DNA from: Pelagomonas calceolata
Lineage: Eukaryota
Reading direction: 5' to 3'
Assembly: GCA_918797485.1 (NCBI GenBank)
Contig: CAKKNE010000006.1
Span: forward strand, 2,542,001 to 2,606,000
DNA: 64,000 nucleotides
This document shows, piece by piece, positions 22,371-32,123 of this stretch; position 1 is the first letter of the stretch; each line of letters starts with the position of its first letter. A program made the position numbers and the translations under genes. Under the pieces are notes generated by a model. The model had not been told where the DNA came from. It saw nothing but the letters and a program-made list of their open reading frames with translations, and did no database searches.

Positions 22371-23453
22371 TTAGGTCATGATGGTCAGCTCGACGATTCG
22401 TTGCTTCTTTTTGCGCGGCGACGTCACGTCCTGTTCCGAAGCTTGCAACGCAGCGGCGTAGGTCTTCGTCAGCGCGTCCACGGCCGCCGCGTCGCCGGGG
22501 CCGACCGCGGGCTGCCCGGGGTCGTCGTCGTCGTCCGGCCCCGCGGCGGGGAGCGTATCGGAGCTCCTACAACCGTCCGGCCCCTCGGGGATTGGCTCGC
22601 AGCTGCCACAGCCGGCGACGAGCAATAGCCCCGCCGCCGCCGCCGCCGCGTCCGGCCCCGGCTCGAGCGCTGGCGTCCGCGCGGCCCGCCGGACGTGGCG
22701 CTCGAGGCGCGATACGTAGCTCGCCACGCGGTCGCGGCGCTCGAGCGCCAGCCGGAGACTCCGCACGAACTCGTCCCCCTTGTACTCGAGGAAGCGCTTC
22801 CGTTCATCGGCCGGCACGGCCCGGGCGAGCAGTCTCAAGCCCTCGTCCGTGACACCCTCGACGGCCACGTGCTTCGCCTCCCTGACAGGTTGATGACCGA
22901 GGAAGTCCCGGAGCAGCTCGGTCCCGATGCCCTGCCCGCGGAACTCCGGCCGCACATATAGTGCAATTAGTTTAGGCATATCCATCGCCACGGCGTCGTC
23001 GCGCTCGTCAAATTGGTCTCCAGGGTACTGATACGCATAAAACCCAGCGGCCTCGCTGCGCCCGTCATTCGCTCTTCTCCAAAAAATCGTCGCGCGCTGC
23101 GTCGGCGCCAGCCCCGGCTGTAACAGTTCCAGGGCGACACGATCCAAATTCGCATAAAAAGGCACCTCGCACAGCCCCGCCCGGTCAGACCGCGCCATAA
23201 TTGATGTATATGTCGCCCACTGGCCGTGAACGCGCGCCGCTATCACTGTCCCATCGTTGCAATGCTGGCACCGTAATACCCTCAAGTCGTTCACGCTCGT
23301 CCGCTCGATGTATTTTTTGCCGACGGGCTGCGACGCCCAGCATTTATGGCACGTGAAGCTCCCCGACGTTTGGGTGGGGCTCTTGGGGAAGCGCTCGTGG
23401 TAGTCCGCCTCGCAGAAGAGGCCGTGGCCGTCCCAGTAGGCGCGCCGGTGCAT
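22371..23453 (-). CDS. GNAT-fold acetyltransferase with N-terminal Cys/His zinc-binding region
   Basis: Motif A LYVRPEFRGQGIGTELL; CHKC...CQHC pairs. Confidence 0.75.
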   Translation of the reverse strand: MHRRAYWDGHGLFCEADYHERFPKSPTQTSGSFTCHKCWASQPVGKKYIERTSVNDLRVLRCQHCNDGTVIAARVHGQWATYTSIMARSDRAGLCEVPFYANLDRVALELLQPGLAPTQRATIFWRRANDGRSEAAGFYAYQYPGDQFDERDDAVAMDMPKLIALYVRPEFRGQGIGTELLRDFLGHQPVREAKHVAVEGVTDEGLRLLARAVPADERKRFLEYKGDEFVRSLRLALERRDRVASYVSRLERHVRRAARTPALEPGPDAAAAAAGLLLVAGCGSCEPIPEGPDGCRSSDTLPAAGPDDDDDPGQPAVGPGDAAAVDALTKTYAAALQASEQDVTSPRKKKQRIVELTIMT

Positions 23454-23722
23454 TATGTCTTCGTCTGGAGCTGCTGGAGCGCAATTATTCGCTGCCCAAT
23501 TATTTTAGCCCCAAGCACATCTCTCAAATTACTGATGTGAGGCGACCCCTCGACCGGGCCGGCCAACGTTCTTTTCTGTCCTGGTGAAGCCTCGGACGAG
23601 TGCGCCGTACGAGGCTAGCGCAGTAAGGCACTAGCAAGCCACCAAGCTGAAGAGCTGAGCCAGCAAGCATCAACCAGACGCTGGACACACTCCCTGCATA
23701 ATCCAGCACACGCATCGCAGCG

Positions 23723-24607
23723 ATGCACCCGCGACGGGTCGCGCTCCTGGCATTGGCGTCCACCGCTGCGGCCCTCCAGGCGCCACGCCAGCCGACGACA
23801 GCGCAGCAGCGCCAGCCAACCACGACAAGACGCGTCGCCACGCTCGAGCCGCCGACCACAAAGAAGCCGCTCCGCCTCAAGCTCACAAGTCCAGAGCCAA
23901 CTAACGACTTCGTGAAGCCCGACGGCACGCTCGACGTCATTCCCTTCTCCGCGCAAGCCGAGTACGAGCTCAAGCCAAGGCAGAGAGTTATTGGATTGGC
24001 CTACATTTCTACACTGTGCACAATAGTAGCATCGTCGAGGATCCCGGCCTTTTTTCGTTTACTAGGCCTACAGTACGCCGCTTTTTCGGCGTTCGAGTAC
24101 TGCTTCCACCGGTGGTGCATGCACTCGACGTACGGGACCTGGCGCGACAAGATCTTTTCGCGGTGGAATCGACTCCATGTCCAACATCATTTGGATACGA
24201 ATCCGGACATGACGATGGTCGAGGGCTACAACTGGAAAGGCATTAGGTTTAACTATTTAACCTCAAGGTTGTCTGTTGTGATTGGATCATCGGTATCATA
24301 CTTACTCGTGAAGGCTCTACGATTAGATCTCCCGTTCTGGCCCACTCCCATCGTAAGTTGGTTGCTGGCCATGTACCACGGGGTGCTGTGGAACAAGCTT
24401 CATACGGACAGTCACGATTTACAAGAGACGTTGACATGGTTTGACGGTGTCAAATATGTTCGGAATATACCGACGGGCAACCGCTACGCTAGATGGTTGT
24501 TGACGAACCACATCGGCCACCACGCTATTGATGGGAAAGGCAACTACAACATCGTCTTCCCGGGGCCGGACCACCTCGCGGGGACGTTCTACCAGCTTAA
24601 GACATGA
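23723..24607 (+). CDS. Fatty acid hydroxylase/sterol desaturase superfamily di-iron membrane enzyme, probably plastid-targeted
   Basis: His boxes EYCFHRWCMH, HVQHH, LHTDSH, NHIGHH; signal plus transit-like N-terminus. Confidence 0.8.
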   Translation: MHPRRVALLALASTAAALQAPRQPTTAQQRQPTTTRRVATLEPPTTKKPLRLKLTSPEPTNDFVKPDGTLDVIPFSAQAEYELKPRQRVIGLAYISTLCTIVASSRIPAFFRLLGLQYAAFSAFEYCFHRWCMHSTYGTWRDKIFSRWNRLHVQHHLDTNPDMTMVEGYNWKGIRFNYLTSRLSVVIGSSVSYLLVKALRLDLPFWPTPIVSWLLAMYHGVLWNKLHTDSHDLQETLTWFDGVKYVRNIPTGNRYARWLLTNHIGHHAIDGKGNYNIVFPGPDHLAGTFYQLKT

Positions 24608-24775
24608 TTGTTTCTTCGGGGTGTCCCCTTCATGCGCCGTCGCCCCGCGTTCGTCGCGGCGATGGCGTGACAGCGGGGTTAGACGCCATCGCCGCGACGG
24701 CGTGCTGGTGGGGTAGAACTCCCACCACCGACGCCATCGCCGCCGCGATATACGGGTGGGGCACAGTTGAGAGAA

Positions 24776-25438
24776 CTAGCTATCGTCCTTACTCGCCTCG
24801 GAAACAGCGGAGGTGCCGGCCTCGACGGCCTTCCCCAATGCCGAGCCCGCCAGCTTCCCCACGTTTTGCAGCCCGATGAAGGCGACGCCTCCAAGAGTAC
24901 CTAAAGCGTTGCCCACGGCCTCCGCGGACGCCTTCCGGTCGACGTCGGACCGCGACTTTTCATTGGACAGCACGTCATGGGCGTCGACGATCGTCTGCCA
25001 CGCCTTCGTCGCGGCGTTTCGCCGCGCTTCGCGCGCTTCGAGTTCCGCCCTGCGATCGTCTCCTAGAGTAGCGAGTGTCGCCGCGGCCGCACAGAGGTCC
25101 TTCTCCAGGTCCTCCCTTGTAGATTCGGCGTCCAACTCATCCAAGAACTTCCGGATTTCATTGGCTGCCTTCGCCGCGGCGTCTCCTGCTTTTGTGTCGG
25201 GCGTCCCGCTCTTCGCCAGAACCACATCCGGATGTAATGATTTGGCCTTCTCCCGGAAGGCCTTGCGGATCTCGTCGGGTTTGGCCGACGTGCGCACGCC
25301 CAGGACCTCGTATGGGGATAACTCGGTTTCTGCTTTGAGGTGGGTCCGCCGCCGGTGGGTCCGCCGCCGCGCCGTGCTCGGTTTTGTTTGGAAGCCGGCG
25401 CTCGTCAAGACGACGGACAGCAGTATGTAGAGACGCAT
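24776..25438 (-). CDS. DnaJ-domain protein, probably plastid-targeted
   Basis: SPYEVLGV...IRKAFREKAKSLHPD; signal peptide ending SAG-F. Confidence 0.85.
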   Translation of the reverse strand: MRLYILLSVVLTSAGFQTKPSTARRRTHRRRTHLKAETELSPYEVLGVRTSAKPDEIRKAFREKAKSLHPDVVLAKSGTPDTKAGDAAAKAANEIRKFLDELDAESTREDLEKDLCAAAATLATLGDDRRAELEAREARRNAATKAWQTIVDAHDVLSNEKSRSDVDRKASAEAVGNALGTLGGVAFIGLQNVGKLAGSALGKAVEAGTSAVSEASKDDS

Positions 25439-25849
25439 TGTGATTGCTCGACGGCGTGTGACGAGCACGTTCGTGATCCTTCGGCGCCAGAGAGCTGCTT
25501 GTACGGCGGATTTGGAGGCTCCTATGCTGGATTTTTGCACGGAAGCTAGACTGCGCAGTGCAAACGGATGTAACAGACACCTCGAATCGGTCTGTGGAGC
25601 CGAGAGCGCTGCGATATCCGCTCCCGAAACGCGGCAAATCCGCGCTAGCGTGCTGGTAAGCCACTAGAGAGCACTTTTGAAGGTGCCAGGCAGCAGGCCT
25701 TTAAACTGCACACACCTGTGGCTCTTGTGTTAACAAGACGTTGCTCCGCAATTTATCTCGGCCACGCGCACTGCTGTGCGAAGGCTGGCGGCCCGCGAGA
25801 CGCCACCGCCGCAGATCGAGATTGAGCTCGAGACACTGCACAGCCACAG

Positions 25850-28162
25850 ATGCGTCCGCCCGCGGCGCTCGCGCGGGCGCAGCGTGAAACCGATGATGCC
25901 AGGCAAAGGGTCGCGGTGCTCTCGCGCGCGCGGCCGCAAAACAATGACGCCACGCCGAGCGTCGCCGCGGCCCTCCGACAAAAACTACAAGGCATCCAGA
26001 CCTCCTACGCCACGACCGCGGCGGACATCGCGTCGAGGGCGCCGCGGCGCCCGGCCGAGAATGTGATAAGGATCCTCGAACGCCACGAGCGCTCGCGGGA
26101 CGTGCGCGGCGCCTTCCACAAGATCAAGACCCGCATGTTCCAGGAGCGCGCCGTCGAGAAGGAGGCCGCGAGGCGGGCGACGCGCGACGCGCAGCTCGCC
26201 CTCGAGCGCAAGCGCGTGCTCGCGCGGGCCCGGGAGCTCGATTCCATGAGCGACGGCCTTGAAGCGCTACGGGACCTCGCGCACCGGAAGCGAAGGGAGC
26301 GCTTTGCAGAAATAGCGTGCGACACGCGGCGCGCTTTCAGTTTCTTCGCGGCGATGCGGCCGCGCCTCGCGCGGAGAAAGCTCGAGCGCCGCGCTTCTGG
26401 CATAGCCGCGCTCCTCCGCGTCCGGTCGTGCTTCCGGACACTCCGCGCCCAGGCGCGCCGCGGGAAGCTCGTGCGCGAGATCTCGCGGAGCGCGAATCGC
26501 CGGCATGCCCGGCGCGCTCTGAGAGCGCTGCAGCTGCTGAAACTGCGCGGCGTCGAGCGGCGCGTCGCGCTTTTGCGAGCGAACCGCGTCGCGAAGGCGT
26601 CCGCGGCGCGGCGCTCCGTACGAGCCTTTGTGGAAGGAGCGGCCTTCAACCGGACCTCGCGGCAGGCCGCGCTGCTCGCCGACGCGGCGGCGCGACGGCG
26701 CGGCCTCACGTGCTTCGCTTTGCATGCGACGGCGCGCGAGGCCGCCCGCTGCGCGCGGCACCGCGGCGGCGTCTTTTGCCGACGGAAAAGGCTGCGAGCT
26801 GCGTTCCGGCATCTGGCGGCGCTTACGTCCGCGCGGGCGGCGCGGCGCGATCGAAGGCGAAGCGCGGCGCTTGAAGCGGTGGGCGCCGCGCGTGGCCGCG
26901 GCCTCGCGGCGCTGAAGGCGCTCGTGGAGCGCGGGCGGACGCGGAGCGCCCGCGACGCTCTCTCTGACGCGGCCTTTGCAGTCAGCTGCAAGAGCCGCGG
27001 CCTCGCTTCACTAGTGGAGGCAGTCGCGCGCGCCGGCCGGCGGCGACGACTAGAAACGGCGGCCTGCGTCGGCGAGCGGGCCGTGGCGCTGCGTTCAATC
27101 GCGCGCTGGCGCCGCCGCGTCGGCGCGATCACGCACCTCAAACGGTTAATGCGCAAGGCCGCGCTGTCGAAGAAACCGTCAAAGCCGAAGCTGCGCGCCG
27201 CGTTGGATGCGTGGTGGGCGCTGCGGCGCGACAGAGCGGTCAGTAAGGCGCGCTTGGAGCTCGCGGAGGTCTGGCGGAATCGGAGGAGAGGGCGCGCGGC
27301 GCTCGCCGCTTTATTTGCGATGCGGCGCGACCGTCTTCGACAGCGCCGGGCGCAGCGCGTCGTCGAGGAGTTTCAGAGACGAAACGACAATTCCCAGAAA
27401 CAGCGCGTCTTGATTCAGCTCGCGCGGAAGTGTCAGGCACGGCGGCGGGACCGCGCGGCCTTTGCGGCCGCCCTCAAGCGCCGCCAGCGGCGGGCCTTCC
27501 CGCTGCTACAAGCGCGCGTCGCGGCGGCGAGCGCCCGCGAGGCGCGGCGCGTCGCGCGGCAGCGATTACGAAGGGGCGTCGCGCTCCTGCGCGGCCGCGT
27601 GCGTGCTCAACATCTACGCCGGGCGCGGACGCGCCTCGCGGCGCTCCACCGCCGTTCAATAGTGGGCCGCCCTGCCTTATTACGGTTGCAGGAGAGTAGC
27701 GCGCGGCGGCGGCAGAATCGCGTTTTGAGAAGGGCGCAGCACTACGAGGCCCTCGACGTCGCGTCGGCGCGCGCGCTGCGGCGGTGGCGGTTGATAGCGG
27801 CGAGCCGGAAATCGACGCGCGAGCGGCACGCCCCGCTCGTCGACGCGGCTCTTGTGTCTCTTGCATTGCGGCGAGCTAGACGTTTCCTGACGGAGTGGCG
27901 CTCGCACGTGGCGCACGCGCGCGCAACGCGGCGCGCCGAGCTACCGCGGCTCGTCGACAAGTTCCGCGCGTGGCGGCACCTGACGGAGCGCCGGCGTCAA
28001 CCGCCGCCGCCGCCGCCGCTCCCGCGTCCGCCGGTGTTGCGCCGCCTCGCGGACGACGCGCCCGTCGCCGCGCCCGTGTCGTTGTCGCCGCCGGCCTGCG
28101 TGGATTTGGTGCACCTGAAGCATCTTGGGGCGGGGCCTCATCCTTCTGGTGGTGCGTTTTAA
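25850..28162 (+). CDS. Arg/Ala-rich helical protein, possibly Sfi1-like centrin-binding repeats
   Basis: 770-aa ORF with recurring LxxW/F+R helices (ALDAWW, ALRRWR, FLTEWR, FRAWR). Confidence 0.55.
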   Translation: MRPPAALARAQRETDDARQRVAVLSRARPQNNDATPSVAAALRQKLQGIQTSYATTAADIASRAPRRPAENVIRILERHERSRDVRGAFHKIKTRMFQERAVEKEAARRATRDAQLALERKRVLARARELDSMSDGLEALRDLAHRKRRERFAEIACDTRRAFSFFAAMRPRLARRKLERRASGIAALLRVRSCFRTLRAQARRGKLVREISRSANRRHARRALRALQLLKLRGVERRVALLRANRVAKASAARRSVRAFVEGAAFNRTSRQAALLADAAARRRGLTCFALHATAREAARCARHRGGVFCRRKRLRAAFRHLAALTSARAARRDRRRSAALEAVGAARGRGLAALKALVERGRTRSARDALSDAAFAVSCKSRGLASLVEAVARAGRRRRLETAACVGERAVALRSIARWRRRVGAITHLKRLMRKAALSKKPSKPKLRAALDAWWALRRDRAVSKARLELAEVWRNRRRGRAALAALFAMRRDRLRQRRAQRVVEEFQRRNDNSQKQRVLIQLARKCQARRRDRAAFAAALKRRQRRAFPLLQARVAAASAREARRVARQRLRRGVALLRGRVRAQHLRRARTRLAALHRRSIVGRPALLRLQESSARRRQNRVLRRAQHYEALDVASARALRRWRLIAASRKSTRERHAPLVDAALVSLALRRARRFLTEWRSHVAHARATRRAELPRLVDKFRAWRHLTERRRQPPPPPPLPRPPVLRRLADDAPVAAPVSLSPPACVDLVHLKHLGAGPHPSGGAF

Positions 28163-28257
28163 TTTTACAGTATACATGTCTGCCCCGTCGGCACCGGCAA
28201 GTGTCTCTACTAGTACGTAACTGAACTTATGAACAACATATCCTGGGAGCGGGTCTT

Positions 28258-29307
28258 CTACACATAGCCTAGCGGCACGGCGTCCGCGTCCAAGTCGGTG
28301 ATCGTCTCGTAATCCCAGATCGCGACGGACACAGGTAGAGGAGCGGTGTCGACGTCGAGGACGACGCGGAAGCCGGGCGGAAAGGCCTCTGGACCGAAGG
28401 TGAGGGAGACGCCCGGCGGCGTTCGGTAGCATATGATGCGCTCGTCATCGTGGCACGTCGAGCACGCGTAGAAGACGACCGACGCGACGCGCGCGACGTG
28501 GCACGATTCGAGCGAGGGTAGGTCGGTCATCAGTTGATTGAGGGTTCGCGGCGTCAGCGCCCCGAAGATCGAGGGATCGTAGAGCCGGTCGCCGCACTGG
28601 TCGTCGATTGTGAGTTTCTTGAGGGAGGGGCAGAAGGGCAGCGCGGAGTCCCAGTTGAATTGGGTTCGCGGTCCTACGGCGATCGTCATGGTCTCGAGGT
28701 TCGGGAGGCTCTCCGGCAGCTCCGGAGCGACGTCGGCCTCGAATCGCAAGGACAGATGTTTGAGCGTCGGGTGACCTTCCAAAGGAGAGAACGCGTCGGG
28801 GACGCTCGCATAGTCAATCGTCAGCGAGAGCGTTGTCAGCGGTGCCGCGGCGACGATGGCGCAGATGGACGACAGAAATCCATGGTACTGGTGGAATGCC
28901 ACGAGCGAAGTTGACTCGACGAGGGCCTCCACGCCACGCAGCGTTCTGGGAGCCAACAAGTGGGTCACGATGCTGAGGTCGACGGCGCGCAGGCGCGGCA
29001 TCACTTTGTGAAGCGATGACAGAACATCGTCCCTGACCCATGGCGCGTCTCCCTCGAAAAGTTCGGCGTGCCGATGCGTCTGCGCCGCGAACTCGGCCCA
29101 GGAGCGGTAGTTGCTGGCTCTGACTACGCGCGCGGTGCGGGTCATGTGTCCCCGGAAGCCGCGCGACACCACTTTTACGGCCGCCGCGGGTCGATGAGAA
29201 GCGTGGCGCGATAAGTCGTAGTCCCGTGCCAGGACGGCGTCGTCTTCATACCGCGCCGGTTGCAGGTGCTCGCAGATCGCGAGCAGAAGCTCCTCCGGTA
29301 GCTCCAT
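28258..29307 (-). CDS. F-box/LRR (RNI-like) protein
   Basis: MELPEELLLAICEHL F-box start; LxxLxL repeats (PRLRAVDLS, PTLKHLSL, PNLETMTI, PSLKKLTI). Confidence 0.75.
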   Translation of the reverse strand: MELPEELLLAICEHLQPARYEDDAVLARDYDLSRHASHRPAAAVKVVSRGFRGHMTRTARVVRASNYRSWAEFAAQTHRHAELFEGDAPWVRDDVLSSLHKVMPRLRAVDLSIVTHLLAPRTLRGVEALVESTSLVAFHQYHGFLSSICAIVAAAPLTTLSLTIDYASVPDAFSPLEGHPTLKHLSLRFEADVAPELPESLPNLETMTIAVGPRTQFNWDSALPFCPSLKKLTIDDQCGDRLYDPSIFGALTPRTLNQLMTDLPSLESCHVARVASVVFYACSTCHDDERIICYRTPPGVSLTFGPEAFPPGFRVVLDVDTAPLPVSVAIWDYETITDLDADAVPLGYV

Positions 29308-29486
29308 TGTGCGATTGCAGGGGAGCCTCAAAAAGGAAGGTGACCTGAGTCACCTTAATTAAGAAAAATAGGCCCCTCCCCCCCTCCTACTAGTGTCTTA
29401 CAAGGCCGCTAGCCCATCGCGATTATCCAGATCCACGCGCCGCCGCGGCGCAAACCGATACAAATCGGCGCGTTACGCAGCCAGCG

Positions 29487-31556
29487 ATGAGCTTCGAGCC
29501 GCGCGACGAGCTGGCCGATTACCTCGCTAGCCTCGACCTGCAGCACTACGCGCCGCAATTGCACCAGGAGGACATCCACACCATAGCCGATTTACGGATC
29601 CTGACGGCCGTCGACCTGGTCGCGTGCGGCATCGAGCACGCCGACGCGGCGACGATCCTCGAACCCGACCTGTACCCCTACCCGGACCCGAGCGAGGCGC
29701 CGACGCCGCAGCGGGCCTTCGGAGCATTACAAGCCCAGGCGCCGGCCTGGGAGCCGCCTCGACAATACGAGGCGCCCTACAAGCAGCGCGCGCGCGAGTT
29801 CCAGAACTGCCGCGGCGGCAAGACGTCGTCAGGGAGAAGTAGAGCGAGAACGAAGGCCGCGATGGCCGACGCGACGGCGAGCGCGCCGGCCCTAGCGAAC
29901 GCGCTCCGAGGCTACATCGCCATGCGCGGCGGCAGCATCCAGGCCCAGCAGCTCGCGGAGTTCTACAAGAGCCCCGCGTGCGCGGGCCTCGAGGTCCCGA
30001 AGGGTGGGGCCCTGAAATTGCTGCGAAACGTCGAGAACTCGGGGTTGAGATTCACGCACATGGCGCATCTCAACAAGTGGATCATCGCCCTCGATCACGA
30101 CGCGCCGCCGCCGCCGCCGGCCTCGGACCTTGGCGCGTCCGCGCCGGCGTTCGTGCCCGGGGCGCCGTTCGGCTACGCGCCCGAGGCCGATCTGCGGTTC
30201 GCGTCGGCGGATGTGAGCGGCCGCGATGCACCCACCGACGGCATGACCGCCAAGCAGCGCCGTCTGGCCAAACGAGCCGCAGCGCGCGAGGCCGACGCGC
30301 CGGTGCCGCGCGGCGCGGCGACGTCAGCCGAGCCCGACCCTAGATTGAGGCAGCTGCGCATGGAGTCCCTCGAGGCCCTGTCCGCCGTCCAACGCCGCGC
30401 CGACAATGCCGCCGGCGCGCCGCGCCCGCTAGGCGTCCGGGGCGCGGCGCCAGGCATCCGCGCCACAGCGTCGGGGGGAACGACGACGACGGGATATGTT
30501 AAGGCGCGCCACCCGTCCGGGGCGAAGAAGAAGATCTTCGTTCCGACCGCGCGGCCGTGGACGCGCCTGGGCCACAACCAGCCCAAGCACGCCTTCACGG
30601 TCGTCTCCTACAATGTTTTATCTCAAAAATTGTTGGATTCGCATAGATACCTCTACCACACTACTTTGAGACCGAGGATGCGCCTCGCGAACCTGCAAAA
30701 AGAGATTGGTAGATATGGCGCCCAGATCGTCTGCCTCCAAGAAATCGAACCTGAAAACTTAGAAGCGTTTACAGGCTGCGTCCGGACGTTCAAGAATGAT
30801 GATAAAGATATCAAGAGGGGTGCTGAAGTGGCCTTTGCTCCCTGCGGTGAACCGAGGACGGACGGCGTCGCCGTTCTGGTCGATGCGGGGCGGTTCAGCA
30901 TCGTTCATAGCCACGAACTCACGTTGGACGCCGACGAGGGCAAGAAGAACGCGGGCTTGGTCGTGACGTTGTCAGATCGAGAGGCCTCGGGTTCTCTGAT
31001 CGTCGCGTGCGCGCACCTGCTCTTCAATCCAAAAAGAGGAGACGCTCGCCTGAGGCAGTGCGTCGCGTTTTTAAGAGCTGTCGAGGAGGCTAAACAGCAA
31101 GCGGTGCAACCTGTCAGAGTTGTTGTCTGTGGTGATTTCAACAGCTATCCCGACTCCGCGGTCTACTCTTTTCTGAGTACTGGAAGCGTCGCTTCGATAG
31201 CTCTGGAGGAACGGACGGCCCACGATGATTGCAAGGAGCATCCGTTCAAGATTGAGAAAGGACGGTGCGTGACTGCTCATGAGCCGTACCAAGACGTCTC
31301 CATCAACAAAGTTTCTCATGCATTAGCTCTGGAGTCGGTCTATTCTTTGGGAGGTGGCGAGCCCGGCTTCACGACGTACCTACCCAAGGGCACGAAGGCC
31401 TGCGTCGACTACGTCTGGTCGAGTGACCTGGTGCCGGTCGGTAGACTCGAGCCGCCGCCGCTCGAGGAGCTGCGCGACGGGCTGCCGTCCCAAAAATTCC
31501 CGTCCGACCACGTCGCGCTGGTCGCGCGGTTCGCGCCGCCTCGTCAGCAGGCCTAG
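29487..31556 (+). CDS. SAM-like domain plus CCR4/Nocturnin/Angel-family EEP phosphatase/nuclease
   Basis: N-terminal LADYLASLDLQHYAPQLHQEDI; EEP motifs SYNVL, CLQE, HLLFNPKRGD, CGDFNS, VDYVW, PSDH. Confidence 0.85.
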   Translation: MSFEPRDELADYLASLDLQHYAPQLHQEDIHTIADLRILTAVDLVACGIEHADAATILEPDLYPYPDPSEAPTPQRAFGALQAQAPAWEPPRQYEAPYKQRAREFQNCRGGKTSSGRSRARTKAAMADATASAPALANALRGYIAMRGGSIQAQQLAEFYKSPACAGLEVPKGGALKLLRNVENSGLRFTHMAHLNKWIIALDHDAPPPPPASDLGASAPAFVPGAPFGYAPEADLRFASADVSGRDAPTDGMTAKQRRLAKRAAAREADAPVPRGAATSAEPDPRLRQLRMESLEALSAVQRRADNAAGAPRPLGVRGAAPGIRATASGGTTTTGYVKARHPSGAKKKIFVPTARPWTRLGHNQPKHAFTVVSYNVLSQKLLDSHRYLYHTTLRPRMRLANLQKEIGRYGAQIVCLQEIEPENLEAFTGCVRTFKNDDKDIKRGAEVAFAPCGEPRTDGVAVLVDAGRFSIVHSHELTLDADEGKKNAGLVVTLSDREASGSLIVACAHLLFNPKRGDARLRQCVAFLRAVEEAKQQAVQPVRVVVCGDFNSYPDSAVYSFLSTGSVASIALEERTAHDDCKEHPFKIEKGRCVTAHEPYQDVSINKVSHALALESVYSLGGGEPGFTTYLPKGTKACVDYVWSSDLVPVGRLEPPPLEELRDGLPSQKFPSDHVALVARFAPPRQQA

Positions 31557-31629
31557 TTTGTGATAAGTATGCTTCTCTGTGTGTTCGAGTAGCGATCCCG
31601 CGCGGTGTTTTTTTTTCACGTCGGTTTCC

Positions 31630-32118
31630 CGGCTACCACAAGAGGTCATTCTCACCTCGCAGGGCAATCTTGCGATCACGTATCAAGAGCTCGGACGGCA
31701 TGAACCATCCCTACAGATGAAGCGAGACGTCCACTCCGGATTTTTGAAGCTCAACGGCGAGGAACATGAAACGACTCTCATAGCAGCCAACAACTACGCG
31801 AATTCCCTTGGTCGTCTAGGGCGCTTCGAAGAAGCCAAGGATTTGCTGCGCAAAACGACGCCCGCAGCGCGACGCGCCCTCGGCGAGAGTAATTTAACCA
31901 CGCTCAGGATGAGGCGGAAGTACGCGGAGACGCTCTACAAGGACCCCGGCGCCACACTAGACGATCTCCGCGAGGCCGTGACGACGTTCGAGGACACGGA
32001 ACGGATCGCGCGGCGCGTGCTCGGCGGCGCGCACCCGATCACAAAGGGGATTGAGGGCGAATTGCGAGACGCGCGAGCCGCGCTCGACGCCCGCGAGACG
32101 CCGTCGGGGAGCAAGTAA
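31630..32118 (+). pseudogene. 5'-truncated TPR (kinesin-light-chain-like) repeat gene fragment
   Basis: QGNLAITYQELGR...GEEHETTLIAANNYANSL...RRVLGGAHP; begins about 75 bp after the upstream stop, with no ATG before the first repeat. Confidence 0.6.
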
Positions 32119-32123
32119 GGCAC

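Noticed and set aside
29337..29362. AAGGTGAC/GTCACCTT inverted repeat followed by TTAATTAA
   Set aside because: A single short occurrence with no supporting copies.
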